Positions 1 to 9,426 of a stretch of DNA of 64,000 nt are shown piece by piece. The notes under the pieces were generated by a model. The model saw nothing but the letters and a program-made list of their open reading frames with translations, was not told the DNA's origin and made no database searches. Both the position numbers and the translations under genes were made by a program. Origin of the DNA: Leptospirales bacterium. GTDB lineage: Bacteria > Spirochaetota > Leptospiria > Turneriellales > JAOUFE01. Numbering within the stretch: position 1 is the stretch's first letter; each line of letters opens with the position of its first letter. The stretch is taken from assembly GCA_040326155.1 (NCBI GenBank), contig JBEQLE010000003.1:1-64000 (forward strand), read 5' to 3'.

Positions 1-2
1 CT

Positions 3-1550
3 AAAAGCGACCGTCAGTATATTCTATTGCTGAACAGGACTGATGATGACGGGAAAAAATTTGATTTGGGGGATGAATTTTTCAGCAAGGTTCAAGAGAA
101 GATCAGTAAAAAAAACAAGGTTTCTATTCCGGAAATCTGGGGAACGCTTGGAACGGCCAGCGATCTACCAATTGATTTGCAGGGATCCATTCAATATTCA
201 AATGAAGGAAGCCTCGACTCAAAAGCCGGTCAGTCAGGCAAATTAACTCTTACTGAGATTGGCTTATTCAGAGGTTGTAGAACAGAGGAAATTAATATTG
301 AAAAAGGTTCCATTAAAGAAAGGTTTATCAGCTTCGAAGGTATTGACAGAAAAAAATTATTGAAATTGGGTCCTATAGATTTAAGGCTTACTCTATTTTT
401 AGAAAAAGATGAGGGGGCTGTAGTTTATTTTCAATATGGAGATAATAAACCTGAAGAACCAGATATAGAATATGTTCTACCCGAAGCAACAAAAAATTTC
501 AGCTGCACAGAAAGAGACAGGCTTCATTATATTCTTCCCATTGATGAAATTATGGAAGGCAAACCGACGCTTAAAATATTAACCGGTTTCAGAGCTACGC
601 AAGATGACATTTTGGCCGTTGGCGGCAAGAAGAAAAGCGAACCTGACGGAATATTGGAAAAATTACAAGCCCACCTTTTTGGTAGTAGTCATAAACTGCA
701 GCTCTGGAATAAGAGTAACCATGAATTTGAAGAGATTGAGGGAACCCGTTTGCCCGATTTAACAAATGGCAGAACATTGTTTTTAATACACGGAACCGTC
801 TCAAATACCAACACCGCTTTTAAAGGGTTAATTGAAGAAGGCGGTGCCTCCTGGTTGGCAGAGATCGAAAACAATTACGATAATGTAATTGGCTTCGACC
901 ACCCAACTTTTTCCGAAGGGCCCGTAGAAAATATAGAAGCTTTTTTTAAAATGATCGGTGGAGCTAAAACCGCAACCGTTGACATTATTACCCATAGCAG
1001 AGGAGCGCTTGTCGGAAAACATTTAAGCTCCGTAGGGAAGAATTTTAAAATAGAAAAGGGGGCTCTGGTTGCGGGGGCAAACGGCGTTGGTTATTTTACG
1101 GCAGGTGAAGATGTAGCAAAGTTCCTTAAAGCCATGAAAAAGTCAAACCTCGGTAATTTAGCCTTTTTAAAGCTGATTTTTGGTATGGCACAGTTTTCTA
1201 CAGAATGGTTTTTAAACTTACCCGGCGCTCGCGCCATGACGCCAGGCAAGGATGATTTGCAAGACATTTTGAATAACATAAGAAAGGACCCTCCCACCTT
1301 TTTGCCGATTATTGGCGATTATCGTGCAGATGTGGGTTGGTTTAAAGCAATCGGCAAGCGATTAATTGACCTTATTATTAAAATTTTTCTTGGCAAACAA
1401 CATGACTGGGTTGTGGGTGTTAGAGCGCAACGAATTGTAAAACCAGGAGTACTGCCTGCCGGTTACAAAGAAGTAATTCATAACGCGTTGCATACAAAAT
1501 ACTTTGGGCAGAGCGGCGTTCAAAACAGAATAAAAGATTTCTTAAAATAA
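3..1550 (+). CDS. Alpha/beta-hydrolase-fold (esterase/lipase-like) protein, probably 5'-truncated by the window edge
   Basis: Frame is open from base 3; motifs LFLIHG, FDHPT, nucleophile elbow IITHSRG, and C-terminal HDWVV...HTKYF. Confidence 0.7.
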   Translation, partial: KSDRQYILLLNRTDDDGKKFDLGDEFFSKVQEKISKKNKVSIPEIWGTLGTASDLPIDLQGSIQYSNEGSLDSKAGQSGKLTLTEIGLFRGCRTEEINIEKGSIKERFISFEGIDRKKLLKLGPIDLRLTLFLEKDEGAVVYFQYGDNKPEEPDIEYVLPEATKNFSCTERDRLHYILPIDEIMEGKPTLKILTGFRATQDDILAVGGKKKSEPDGILEKLQAHLFGSSHKLQLWNKSNHEFEEIEGTRLPDLTNGRTLFLIHGTVSNTNTAFKGLIEEGGASWLAEIENNYDNVIGFDHPTFSEGPVENIEAFFKMIGGAKTATVDIITHSRGALVGKHLSSVGKNFKIEKGALVAGANGVGYFTAGEDVAKFLKAMKKSNLGNLAFLKLIFGMAQFSTEWFLNLPGARAMTPGKDDLQDILNNIRKDPPTFLPIIGDYRADVGWFKAIGKRLIDLIIKIFLGKQHDWVVGVRAQRIVKPGVLPAGYKEVIHNALHTKYFGQSGVQNRIKDFLK

Positions 1551-1595
1551 AAACGTTATTACGCCAACCCACTGGTTTAAACCAAAATTTAACTG

Positions 1596-2360
1596 CTACG
1601 GCTTTTTAGAATGTGCATGGCAACCGGTGCATTTGTACTGTGTATAAACACCCAGTTTGTGACAATTTTTACATGTGCCTTTGTGTCGTTTATCGAGACG
1701 ATAATATTTAGCATGGTCGAAAACTATCGGTTTCCAAACGTCGTTTTTATGACAGTCACCGCAATTTTCTCTTTTGCTTTTATGAAAAGAGTCTTTAGAT
1801 GACTTATGGCATGATTCGCATCTAATAAATACATTTTCCGGCACTTTCTTCACCGAATGGTCAAAATTCGGTTTATTCCAGATTTTCGTACTGTGGCATA
1901 CATCGCAGTCTGTAGTATTCTTTTTATGCGGCGTATCTGGAGGGTTCGAATGACAAGTCTGGCACTTTTTTTTCTTTTGACCATTTTCATAACTTTCATT
2001 CTCATGGTTAAATGCAGTTAAATTTGGCGCAAGCTTAACCCCTCGGTGATCAACATGACAATGGCCACAAGAAACCGGTCCCATACGCTGGTGATTTACT
2101 TTACCGGACTTTGTGTTTCGTGGTATTTTTTCTCCGGTTGTTTTGAAAAAACCGATTTTAGTAATAGCGTGGCAAGAAATGCAACTGCTTTCGTAATCAT
2201 TTTTAAAAACAGTATGGCATTTCTGGCAATCTGAAACAGATGTATGGCCCTGCATAAGAGGCCCCGGCGACGCGGCAAATTTCGGACTCAGGTAAAATAG
2301 CCCAAGTGCCAACATTATCGACCCAAGAAAATATAAAATAGCGTACGATTTAGGCTTCAT
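1596..2360 (-). CDS. Membrane-anchored or exported multiheme cytochrome c (9 CxxCH motifs)
   Basis: CQKCH, CISCH, CGHCH, CQTCH, CDVCH, CESCH, CGDCH, CKNCH, CTGCH; hydrophobic N-terminus; ATG at 2360 overlaps the upstream stop (TAATG). Confidence 0.85.
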   Translation of the reverse strand: MKPKSYAILYFLGSIMLALGLFYLSPKFAASPGPLMQGHTSVSDCQKCHTVFKNDYESSCISCHAITKIGFFKTTGEKIPRNTKSGKVNHQRMGPVSCGHCHVDHRGVKLAPNLTAFNHENESYENGQKKKKCQTCHSNPPDTPHKKNTTDCDVCHSTKIWNKPNFDHSVKKVPENVFIRCESCHKSSKDSFHKSKRENCGDCHKNDVWKPIVFDHAKYYRLDKRHKGTCKNCHKLGVYTQYKCTGCHAHSKKP

Positions 2361-2923
2361 TAAAAAGCTCCGTACATGAGAACAACGATCACATGAAAAA
2401 CAAGCAACCCGGCAAAGATAGAGGTTATGGGCAGATGTATGGCATGCCACTTTTCCATTACCTGAGCATGAAGTGAAGCCCCCCATAATTTGTTTTCTGC
2501 ATCTTCATCATTTAGACCTTTTTTCATTAATACTTTTTTTGAAACTTCCAATTCCCGACTGGCTTCTTCGAAATGAAAGCGTCCGGCAAAACCACTGGTT
2601 ATATTCGCCAACATTGCTGCCGTTGCAAGCCAAGGTATTATAGCGTTAAAATGAATTCCCGAATGAACCAATATGAGCAAAGCTCCAAGCCAGGTCATCA
2701 CTTCATGAAACAACAGGTAGTTTTTCATGGAACCACCATGAATTATTTTTCTCTTTCTTAACGAATATAAAAACGACAACAAGATAAAAAGCAACCCGAC
2801 AGGGCCCAGGTAACGCCCTATAAATTCAATTTTCAAAAAATGCAATACGAAAATAAGAAAAGCTGCAATTGATATTTGAATTAAAAAACCAAATATTGAA
2901 TTTATCAATAAGGATTTTTTCAT
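2360..2923 (-). CDS. Integral membrane protein with His-bearing helices (cytochrome b / ferric-reductase-like)
   Basis: About 5 hydrophobic segments; LLFHE, LVHSG, WHAIH, VFHV; translationally coupled to the multiheme gene. Confidence 0.6.
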   Translation of the reverse strand: MKKSLLINSIFGFLIQISIAAFLIFVLHFLKIEFIGRYLGPVGLLFILLSFLYSLRKRKIIHGGSMKNYLLFHEVMTWLGALLILVHSGIHFNAIIPWLATAAMLANITSGFAGRFHFEEASRELEVSKKVLMKKGLNDEDAENKLWGASLHAQVMEKWHAIHLPITSIFAGLLVFHVIVVLMYGAF

Positions 2924-3041
2924 ATATCACTACTTCTATGTATAAACAGATTGTAAAGCGAGCTATTATTATCCTTTGCCCCTTGTAAATTCAAATGCGA
3001 ATTGTATTTACAGTAGAGGGTATTTACGTTCTAAATGGTAG

Positions 3042-3341
3042 CTATTTCAAATCTCGTTCCATTTGCTCTGGATTTCTAAGCCCGTGAAATATTGCTAAAA
3101 TAATTATTTCATGAGTTTCTGCAACGTAGAAAATAATATATGGAAAGTTCTTTAAAACATATTTCCTGATTTTGAATTTATAACTTGCACCTATTCTTGG
3201 ATTCTGTGAAATAATAGATAAAGATTCATCAATTTCCGTGCAGAACTTGTCAGCAACTAAAGAATTGATTTCACTGTACCAATTCAAAATTGATTCAAAA
3301 TCTTTCTCGGCTTTAGGTTTAAATCTTGTGGGTTTGCTCAA
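3042..3341 (-). CDS. RelE/ParE family type II toxin
   Basis: 99 aa; AEKDFESI..WY, FPYIIFY, IIILAIFH..RNP; overlaps the antitoxin stop. Confidence 0.85.
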   Translation of the reverse strand: MSKPTRFKPKAEKDFESILNWYSEINSLVADKFCTEIDESLSIISQNPRIGASYKFKIRKYVLKNFPYIIFYVAETHEIIILAIFHGLRNPEQMERDLK

Positions 3342-3553
3342 TTACTTTTTGACCCTGTTTTGATCTCAACCCAGGATCTGCCCGCTTCTGGATTATTCAA
3401 ATGTTCTTGATACCGTTTATCGAGTTCTTTTTGATCCTGAGGTGAAATAATAATATTTTCGCTTTTATCAGGTATGCTTTCCCATAATTTTAAAGCCAAA
3501 TCGATGCGTTCTGAAACATTGAGGTCCAATAATTCTTTTATTGCCACTGCCAT
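3338..3553 (-). CDS. Addiction-module antitoxin (TIGR02574-like)
   Basis: 71 aa; L.VSERIDLALKLWESI...ELDKR...SWVEIK; upstream of the RelE/ParE gene. Confidence 0.85.
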   Translation of the reverse strand: MAVAIKELLDLNVSERIDLALKLWESIPDKSENIIISPQDQKELDKRYQEHLNNPEAGRSWVEIKTGSKSN

Positions 3554-3559
3554 ACATCA

Positions 3560-3588
3560 AAAATATATTGAATGAGTTCATATGTCAA
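3560..3588 (-). promoter_or_regulatory. Sigma70-type promoter for the TA operon (leaderless geometry)
   Basis: Minus strand TTGACA-17nt-TATTTT-6nt-ATG(3553). Confidence 0.5.
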
Positions 3589-3759
3589 TACTTTTATCAT
3601 ACTGCGCAGTCATTCCAGACTGAGCCAGGTTTTACGCTGCCTCAATATCGTATGGGGTGGCGTAGGACTCACCCCATGTACTCTGGGCTTTTCCAACAAA
3701 TTTGCCTATGAGAAATAGTGAGCAGGTTGACACCCACTTTCGTTTTAAAAACCTGCTTT

Positions 3760-4521
3760 ATGAGTGTTCTAGAAAAGATTATTCGCGATAGAAAACCGGA
3801 TATACCGACGGCAAAAGAGGCCCAGGCTTTTCGGTGTGAGCCAACAACAAAAGATGTAAAAGCGACCTTGCAAAAATCTGAAAATAAACTTCGCCTTATC
3901 GCTGAACTTAAAAGGAAAAGTCCTTCGCAGGGGGAAATTAATCCGAAAATTGACGTCGAAGCCGCCGTTAAACTCTACCGTCCCTTCGCCGCGGCAATGT
4001 CGATTTTAACGGAGCCCAATTATTTTGGAGGCTCTTTAGAAGACCTTTCCCGAGCAGCCGAATTAACGGACATTCCTCTTTTACGAAAAGATTTTATTAC
4101 AGATACTAAACAGGTGAAAGAAGCCCGTCACTACGGAGCGGACTTTTATCTATTAATTGTTGCCGCGCTTGCGCCCTCGCAATTGAGTGAACTATTGGAT
4201 GCTGGCAAAGAGTGGAATATGCCTGCACTTGTGGAAATTCACAATGAAAAAGAAGCCGAAATTGCTCTTGCTGCGGGAGTTGAAATTTTAGGAGTCAACA
4301 ATAGAAACCTTCACGATTTATCGATAGACCTTTTAACAACCAATAGAATTTATGAAAACCTTGAAAAAGAGTTACAAAGTATAATCCTTATTTCAGAGTC
4401 GGGGTTTAAGTCGCGAACCGATTTCACGGGGCTGCCCGAACGCATTGACGGTGTGCTTATTGGAACAACATTTATGAAATCTCCCGAGCCCGCCCAGTTG
4501 CTTAAGGAAATGTTTGGATGA
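3760..4521 (+). CDS. trpC: Indole-3-glycerol phosphate synthase
   Basis: IAELKRKSPSQG, SILTEPNYFGGS, LLRKDFI, GVNNRNL, ISESG; likely ATG at 3760. Confidence 0.95.
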   Translation: MSVLEKIIRDRKPDIPTAKEAQAFRCEPTTKDVKATLQKSENKLRLIAELKRKSPSQGEINPKIDVEAAVKLYRPFAAAMSILTEPNYFGGSLEDLSRAAELTDIPLLRKDFITDTKQVKEARHYGADFYLLIVAALAPSQLSELLDAGKEWNMPALVEIHNEKEAEIALAAGVEILGVNNRNLHDLSIDLLTTNRIYENLEKELQSIILISESGFKSRTDFTGLPERIDGVLIGTTFMKSPEPAQLLKEMFG

Positions 4522-5939
4522 AGTTTTTTATCGAGAATAGGCGTCATACGTTACCGATATCTGTTTTTCTGTCAATTGTAACTGCGTTTTTTTTTCGTTT
4601 GTCCGGTTTTCATCCGACAGACACCGCAATAGATTTTATTTTTTCGGGAAAACTGGATGTTAACTCCTACTTTTTTTATTTGTGGAAAAACCCATATTAC
4701 CTTACCCTCGATTTTCATTCGATTCATCCCGATTATTATTTAGTTTCTTTTATAGCTAAAGCCGGGGTTTCCTGGTTGGCACAGATTCTCGCTTTTACGG
4801 CTACGCCCGTATTGCTGTTTTTTATAGTTCGAAAAAATCCCGATTATGTTTTTCCCGTTCTAGCCTGGCTTGCCACCCTGCCGATTATTTTTCTGTTTGG
4901 GTATGCGGTCTCTTTTATCTGGATATCGATATTTGCTTTAGAGTTGATTCTTTTAAAAAACAGTAATATTCGTATTGGCGGCGCAATTCTGTTTTTCTCT
5001 TTTTTATACTTACCGACGGTTTTTATTACCATCCCATATTATTATTTTATCTACGGGTATAAAAATAACCGACAATCTGTTATTACAATTTTATGGAGTC
5101 TGGCTTCTATACTGTTTTTTCATTCCCTTTTGGCGTTTATTTTATTTGGCGCAGCCTTTAAAGACTCTATTCATTTTGTATTTTTTCATTTTCTTGGATA
5201 TGCTAATTATTTTCGAACGACGGGAGAATACTATATGGTAAGCCTCTCCGAAAATCTTCCGGAAACGATTTATTACATAATAGCTTTTCTACTTGTCGCT
5301 TTTTCTTCTTATAAAGGAATTTTACACTTTGCCAGAAAAGCCCCTCTCGGACTTGCTCTGTTTTTCGCTTTTATACTCATAGATATGTTTTTAATTACCA
5401 GAGGCGCGTCCGCTCTGCTCTGGATAGGCGGCGCGATTGTGCTGGGTTCGGTTTCAGCTTCGTTTACTTTCGACAAGATAAAATTTTCGAAACATGTACT
5501 ATCGATCATGGTTTCTATGTTGTTTGTTTCCTATTATGTTTATGCTGGAAATCTGGAAATTGAGCAGAATAAAAAAGCTCCCTCAGAAAACTGGATTGTC
5601 TCTATAAATGATCTTCCAAAGTTTCCATATGGCCCGGCTCGGGTAAAAAAAATCTACTTAATGGATACAAAAATTATTCCCGCAAATATTGTTATGGAAA
5701 AACAATTTCATGGCAAAAATTACGATACGATGCTGTCGAAAATTGCCATAGAGTTTTTCGATGCCGAAAAACAGTTTGCCGAAAAAAGTTTAAAGATATT
5801 AAGTGGAGAAAACTTTAACCTTTATTTGTCGAGTGGCTCGCATCCGGCAGATGAAAAGGAACCGTATTCTCGCTCCCGTATTTTGTGGGACAGTTTAATA
5901 AGCGATCAAACTTTTAAACGCGCCATCTTTATGGATTAA
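4518..5939 (+). CDS. Polytopic membrane protein of unknown function with a soluble C-terminal domain
   Basis: 473 aa, about 10-11 hydrophobic segments; ATGA overlap with trpC. Confidence 0.6.
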   Translation: MKFFIENRRHTLPISVFLSIVTAFFFRLSGFHPTDTAIDFIFSGKLDVNSYFFYLWKNPYYLTLDFHSIHPDYYLVSFIAKAGVSWLAQILAFTATPVLLFFIVRKNPDYVFPVLAWLATLPIIFLFGYAVSFIWISIFALELILLKNSNIRIGGAILFFSFLYLPTVFITIPYYYFIYGYKNNRQSVITILWSLASILFFHSLLAFILFGAAFKDSIHFVFFHFLGYANYFRTTGEYYMVSLSENLPETIYYIIAFLLVAFSSYKGILHFARKAPLGLALFFAFILIDMFLITRGASALLWIGGAIVLGSVSASFTFDKIKFSKHVLSIMVSMLFVSYYVYAGNLEIEQNKKAPSENWIVSINDLPKFPYGPARVKKIYLMDTKIIPANIVMEKQFHGKNYDTMLSKIAIEFFDAEKQFAEKSLKILSGENFNLYLSSGSHPADEKEPYSRSRILWDSLISDQTFKRAIFMD

Positions 5940-5948
5940 ACCATAAAG

Positions 5949-6758
5949 TCAATAATCAGCCTCGGGACTCGACGCTGTAGCAAACAGTTTTCTCGGAATT
6001 CTTCCCGCTTTGTAGGCAATGCGGCCAGAAATGGAAGCATGTCTCATCGAAATTGCCATCGATAAAGGGTCAGATGCTTGCGCTATAGCGGTATTGAGTA
6101 AAACTGCGTCCAGGCCAAGTTCCATAGCAATGGTAACATCGGCGGCGCAACCCACGCCTGCGTCTAAAACCAGCGGAACTTCCCCGTTAATTATTTCCAT
6201 AATCATTTGAAAATTGGCCCGGTTTTGAATTCCACGCCCGCTGCCAATGGGACTTCCTGCGGGCATAATTGCATCTGCGCCCGCTTTCAATAACTTACCG
6301 GCCAGAACCGGATCGTCATTTGTATAAACCATAAGAAACAGGTCATCGCTGGTAAATTCCGCTTTTATTAATTCAACAGCTTTCAGTGTTTCTACCGGGT
6401 CTGGTAAAAGAGTAGTAACATCGCCCATGACTTCCAATTTTAAAAAACTTAGCCCCATAGCTTTGGCGATTTTTGCAAAGCGAAGCGCCTCTTTTGCACT
6501 ATGAGCCCCGGCTGTGTTCGGCAATAAAGTAATCTTTTCGGAGTCTATATAATCTAAAATGTCGGCGGTATCTTCCGATGAGAGGTGCAAAGGAACTCTG
6601 CGCAAGGCGATGGTAACCATCTGGGTTCCCGAAGCTTCGTGGCAATTTTTCATCAGTGGCAGTGTCTCATATTTACCCGTTCCGATAAACAGTCGCGAGT
6701 AGAATTTCTTTTTGCCAAGAACCAGCGGGTCGTTTTTGAAAATTTCAGATTCATTCAT
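5949..6758 (-). CDS. thiG: Thiazole synthase
   Basis: [43 protein letters not shown] at 6758 preceded by a GGGAG SD. Confidence 0.95.
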   Translation of the reverse strand: MNESEIFKNDPLVLGKKKFYSRLFIGTGKYETLPLMKNCHEASGTQMVTIALRRVPLHLSSEDTADILDYIDSEKITLLPNTAGAHSAKEALRFAKIAKAMGLSFLKLEVMGDVTTLLPDPVETLKAVELIKAEFTSDDLFLMVYTNDDPVLAGKLLKAGADAIMPAGSPIGSGRGIQNRANFQMIMEIINGEVPLVLDAGVGCAADVTIAMELGLDAVLLNTAIAQASDPLSMAISMRHASISGRIAYKAGRIPRKLFATASSPEADY

Positions 6759-6851
6759 AAAGTCAACTCCCTGTCGCATCGCGTGTCCTGTAGTCAAATA
6801 ATTTTTGCTTGTCACCCTATTGTAGACGCAGTTTTGGGTATAGGCAATAAT

Positions 6852-7874
6852 ATGATACTTGATTGGTTCCACTCACTATTTTCTAACGATCTGGGAATTG
6901 ACCTGGGAACGGCAAATACATTAGTATATGTCAAAGGTCAGGGCATTGTCCTTTCCGAACCTTCGGTCGTTGCAGTACAAGCTAGCACCGGAAAAGTAAT
7001 CGCCGTCGGGCAAGAAGCCAAACGGATGATGGGAAGAACACCCGGCGAGATCGTCGCGATTCGACCGATGAAAGACGGAGTAATCGCCGACTTTGAAACC
7101 GTCGAAAAAATGATTCGTTACTTTATTAATAAAGTTCATAATCGAACTACCCTTGTAAAGCCCCGTATAGTTATTTGTGTACCATCCGGTATTACAGAGG
7201 TGGAAAAACGAGCTGTACGTGAATCTGCAGAGCAGGCTGGCGCCCGTAATATTTACTTAATTGAAGAAGCTCTTGCTGCGGCAATTGGCGCGAATATTCC
7301 AATACAAGAACCTGCAGGAAATATGGTTATTGATATTGGGGGGGGAACGACCGAAATTGCAGTTTTATCTTTAGGTGGTATGGTCATTAGCGATTCCATT
7401 CGAGTTGGCGGAGACGAATTTGACGAAGCCATAACCAAACATATGCGTAATAATTATAACCTTGTCATTGGTGAGCGTACAGCAGAAGAAGTGAAAATAT
7501 CGATCGGTAACGCATTTAGTGAAAAAAAGAGTGAATCTTTTGAACTCAAAGGTCGGGACGCTATGTCGGGTCTTCCTCGTGTACTCATTATTGATGGTAC
7601 AGAAATTCGAAAAGCTCTAAAAGAACCTCTCGATGCTATTCTTGAAGGCACTATACATGTTCTGGAAAGAACTCCGCCTGAACTTGCCGCAGATATTACC
7701 GAAAGAGGTATTGTTTTAACCGGCGGTGGAAGCCTTCTAAAAGGTCTCGATAAATATATATCGAAAGAAACCGGCGTACCAGTAATTCTTGCAGAAAATC
7801 CACTGAATTGTGTAGCCATCGGAACTGGTAAATATCTCGAAGAACTGAAAAATATTGAAGGAAAAGCAAGATAA
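6852..7874 (+). CDS. mreB: Rod shape-determining actin MreB
   Basis: [35 protein letters not shown]; true start is probably ATG 6852. Confidence 0.97.
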   Translation: MILDWFHSLFSNDLGIDLGTANTLVYVKGQGIVLSEPSVVAVQASTGKVIAVGQEAKRMMGRTPGEIVAIRPMKDGVIADFETVEKMIRYFINKVHNRTTLVKPRIVICVPSGITEVEKRAVRESAEQAGARNIYLIEEALAAAIGANIPIQEPAGNMVIDIGGGTTEIAVLSLGGMVISDSIRVGGDEFDEAITKHMRNNYNLVIGERTAEEVKISIGNAFSEKKSESFELKGRDAMSGLPRVLIIDGTEIRKALKEPLDAILEGTIHVLERTPPELAADITERGIVLTGGGSLLKGLDKYISKETGVPVILAENPLNCVAIGTGKYLEELKNIEGKAR

Positions 7875-7932
7875 GTTCCCCTTCTTAAATGCCGGAATAT
7901 CGGACGTCCGGTGGAAACAGGAACTAACCTAA

Positions 7933-8904
7933 ATGTTAGCCGAATTTATATCGAATTATAAGGCGGGACTTTCCCTGGCCTTCGCCATCATTTTCTCTTT
8001 TACGAATTTAATAACGAGATCCGATTTTGTCGGAACATCCGTGAATACAGCCACATCGGTATTAGACTTTTTTACAGGTACTTTTCATTCCATAGGACAA
8101 GGATTTTCACGAATTGTCGATAGCTATGGCAATTATAATGAACTTGAAAGCGAAAGAGACGCTTTGAGAAAGAAACTTCAAGATGCTCAATTTCTCCAGT
8201 TTCAAACAGAACTTCTCGAAGACGAAAATCGCAGGTTACGAGCCATAATCGAACTTCCTGAACGTAAAAATTATGACATGGTTACTGCTGAAGTAATTTC
8301 TGTTGATCCGGATAACTGGTTTCAAACTATTATTATAAATAAAGGCGAAGCGGACGGAATAGAAGTCTATATGCCCGTAATTGCCTACCAGGTCGTTACG
8401 GTTCCATCGGAAGATGGGAAAACGATGGTAGAACAACTTGTACATGGCGTTGTTGGTAAGGTAATTCAGGTAACTGCGCATTCGGCCAGAATACTACCGA
8501 TTACAGATCAACACTCCCGCCTCGGCGTCAAAGTTAAAAAAACTGGACACTGGGGTTTATTAATTGGCCAAAGCCAGGACGATCGTCCTCCAAAACTGGA
8601 ATATGTGACTTTGAAACTGAACCTTGAGCCTGGCGATGAAATTGTCACATCGGGCGCCGGCGGTATTTTCCCTCCGAATGTGAATATAGGCGTTATCGAA
8701 GGAGAAATTAAACGAGGGGCAACATTTCAAGAAGCATATTTGAGACCGGCTGTCGATATTCGTAAGCTCAATTTTGTCTTAATTGTAAAGAAAAGACCCG
8801 ATGACAGAGAGAAGTTAACCGAACCACTGTCCTCGCCGAAAGTGCAAAAAACCTTGCAGGAAAAAATCTCTACCGAAGCCATGGAAGAACCTGAAACGCC
8901 ATGA
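7933..8904 (+). CDS. mreC: Rod shape-determining protein MreC
   Basis: N-terminal TM and coiled coil; INKG..DG, TSG.GGIFP; synteny. Confidence 0.92.
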   Translation: MLAEFISNYKAGLSLAFAIIFSFTNLITRSDFVGTSVNTATSVLDFFTGTFHSIGQGFSRIVDSYGNYNELESERDALRKKLQDAQFLQFQTELLEDENRRLRAIIELPERKNYDMVTAEVISVDPDNWFQTIIINKGEADGIEVYMPVIAYQVVTVPSEDGKTMVEQLVHGVVGKVIQVTAHSARILPITDQHSRLGVKVKKTGHWGLLIGQSQDDRPPKLEYVTLKLNLEPGDEIVTSGAGGIFPPNVNIGVIEGEIKRGATFQEAYLRPAVDIRKLNFVLIVKKRPDDREKLTEPLSSPKVQKTLQEKISTEAMEEPETP

Positions 8905-9425
8905 TCTTTGAAAAACTCATTATAGCCGTTGCGATTATTGTCTCGTATTTTATGCAGACAAGTATGGACTTTTTTAAACTCGGAGCTATAAGTCCCGATT
9001 TCCTTATGCTATTAACCATTTATTTTGCCGTACACCGGGGAGAGTTTGCGGGCATGTGGGTCGGTTTTTTTGGCGGACTGTTACAGGATATTAACTTCGG
9101 GACCTTTTCTATTATGGCCATGGGCTCACTTCAGCACTCTATTGGAATGAATGTTTTACCAAAATCCATAGTCGGGTACATTGCAGGTAAGTTTTCAGAA
9201 AAAGTACGAAAGGATAACATACTCAGTCTGGTTCTTCTTGTTTTTGGTTTCAGTATTTTAAAAGGTCTGGTCAAATTATTACTGACTGTTCTTTTTTCCG
9301 GCAGTACAACCGGACAGGCGATTATTACGGTTATTTTACCAGAATCTTTGTATAACGCACTATTAAGCATCGTTTGGTTTAAACTACTCTTCTGGGCCAT
9401 TCCCCCGGTCGACCTCAGGAAATAA
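8901..9425 (+). CDS. mreD: Rod shape-determining protein MreD
   Basis: Hydrophobic 174 aa; PDF, GF.GGLLQD; synteny. Confidence 0.9.
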   Translation: MIFEKLIIAVAIIVSYFMQTSMDFFKLGAISPDFLMLLTIYFAVHRGEFAGMWVGFFGGLLQDINFGTFSIMAMGSLQHSIGMNVLPKSIVGYIAGKFSEKVRKDNILSLVLLVFGFSILKGLVKLLLTVLFSGSTTGQAIITVILPESLYNALLSIVWFKLLFWAIPPVDLRK

Positions 9426-9426
9426 A

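Noticed and set aside
1573..1584. 12-bp palindrome TGGTTTAAACCA between convergent genes
   Set aside because: Short and AT-rich with no loop or U-tract; cannot be distinguished from chance
2361..2486. Cys-rich N-terminal extension of the multiheme cytochrome
   Set aside because: It overlaps the upstream gene in another frame; the TAATG junction and hydrophobic leader support a start at 2360
6585..6872. Apparent ~290-bp overlap of divergent thiG and mreB ORFs
   Set aside because: Artefact of longest-ORF calling; homologous sequence starts at ATG 6758(-) and ATG 6852(+), leaving a normal intergenic gap
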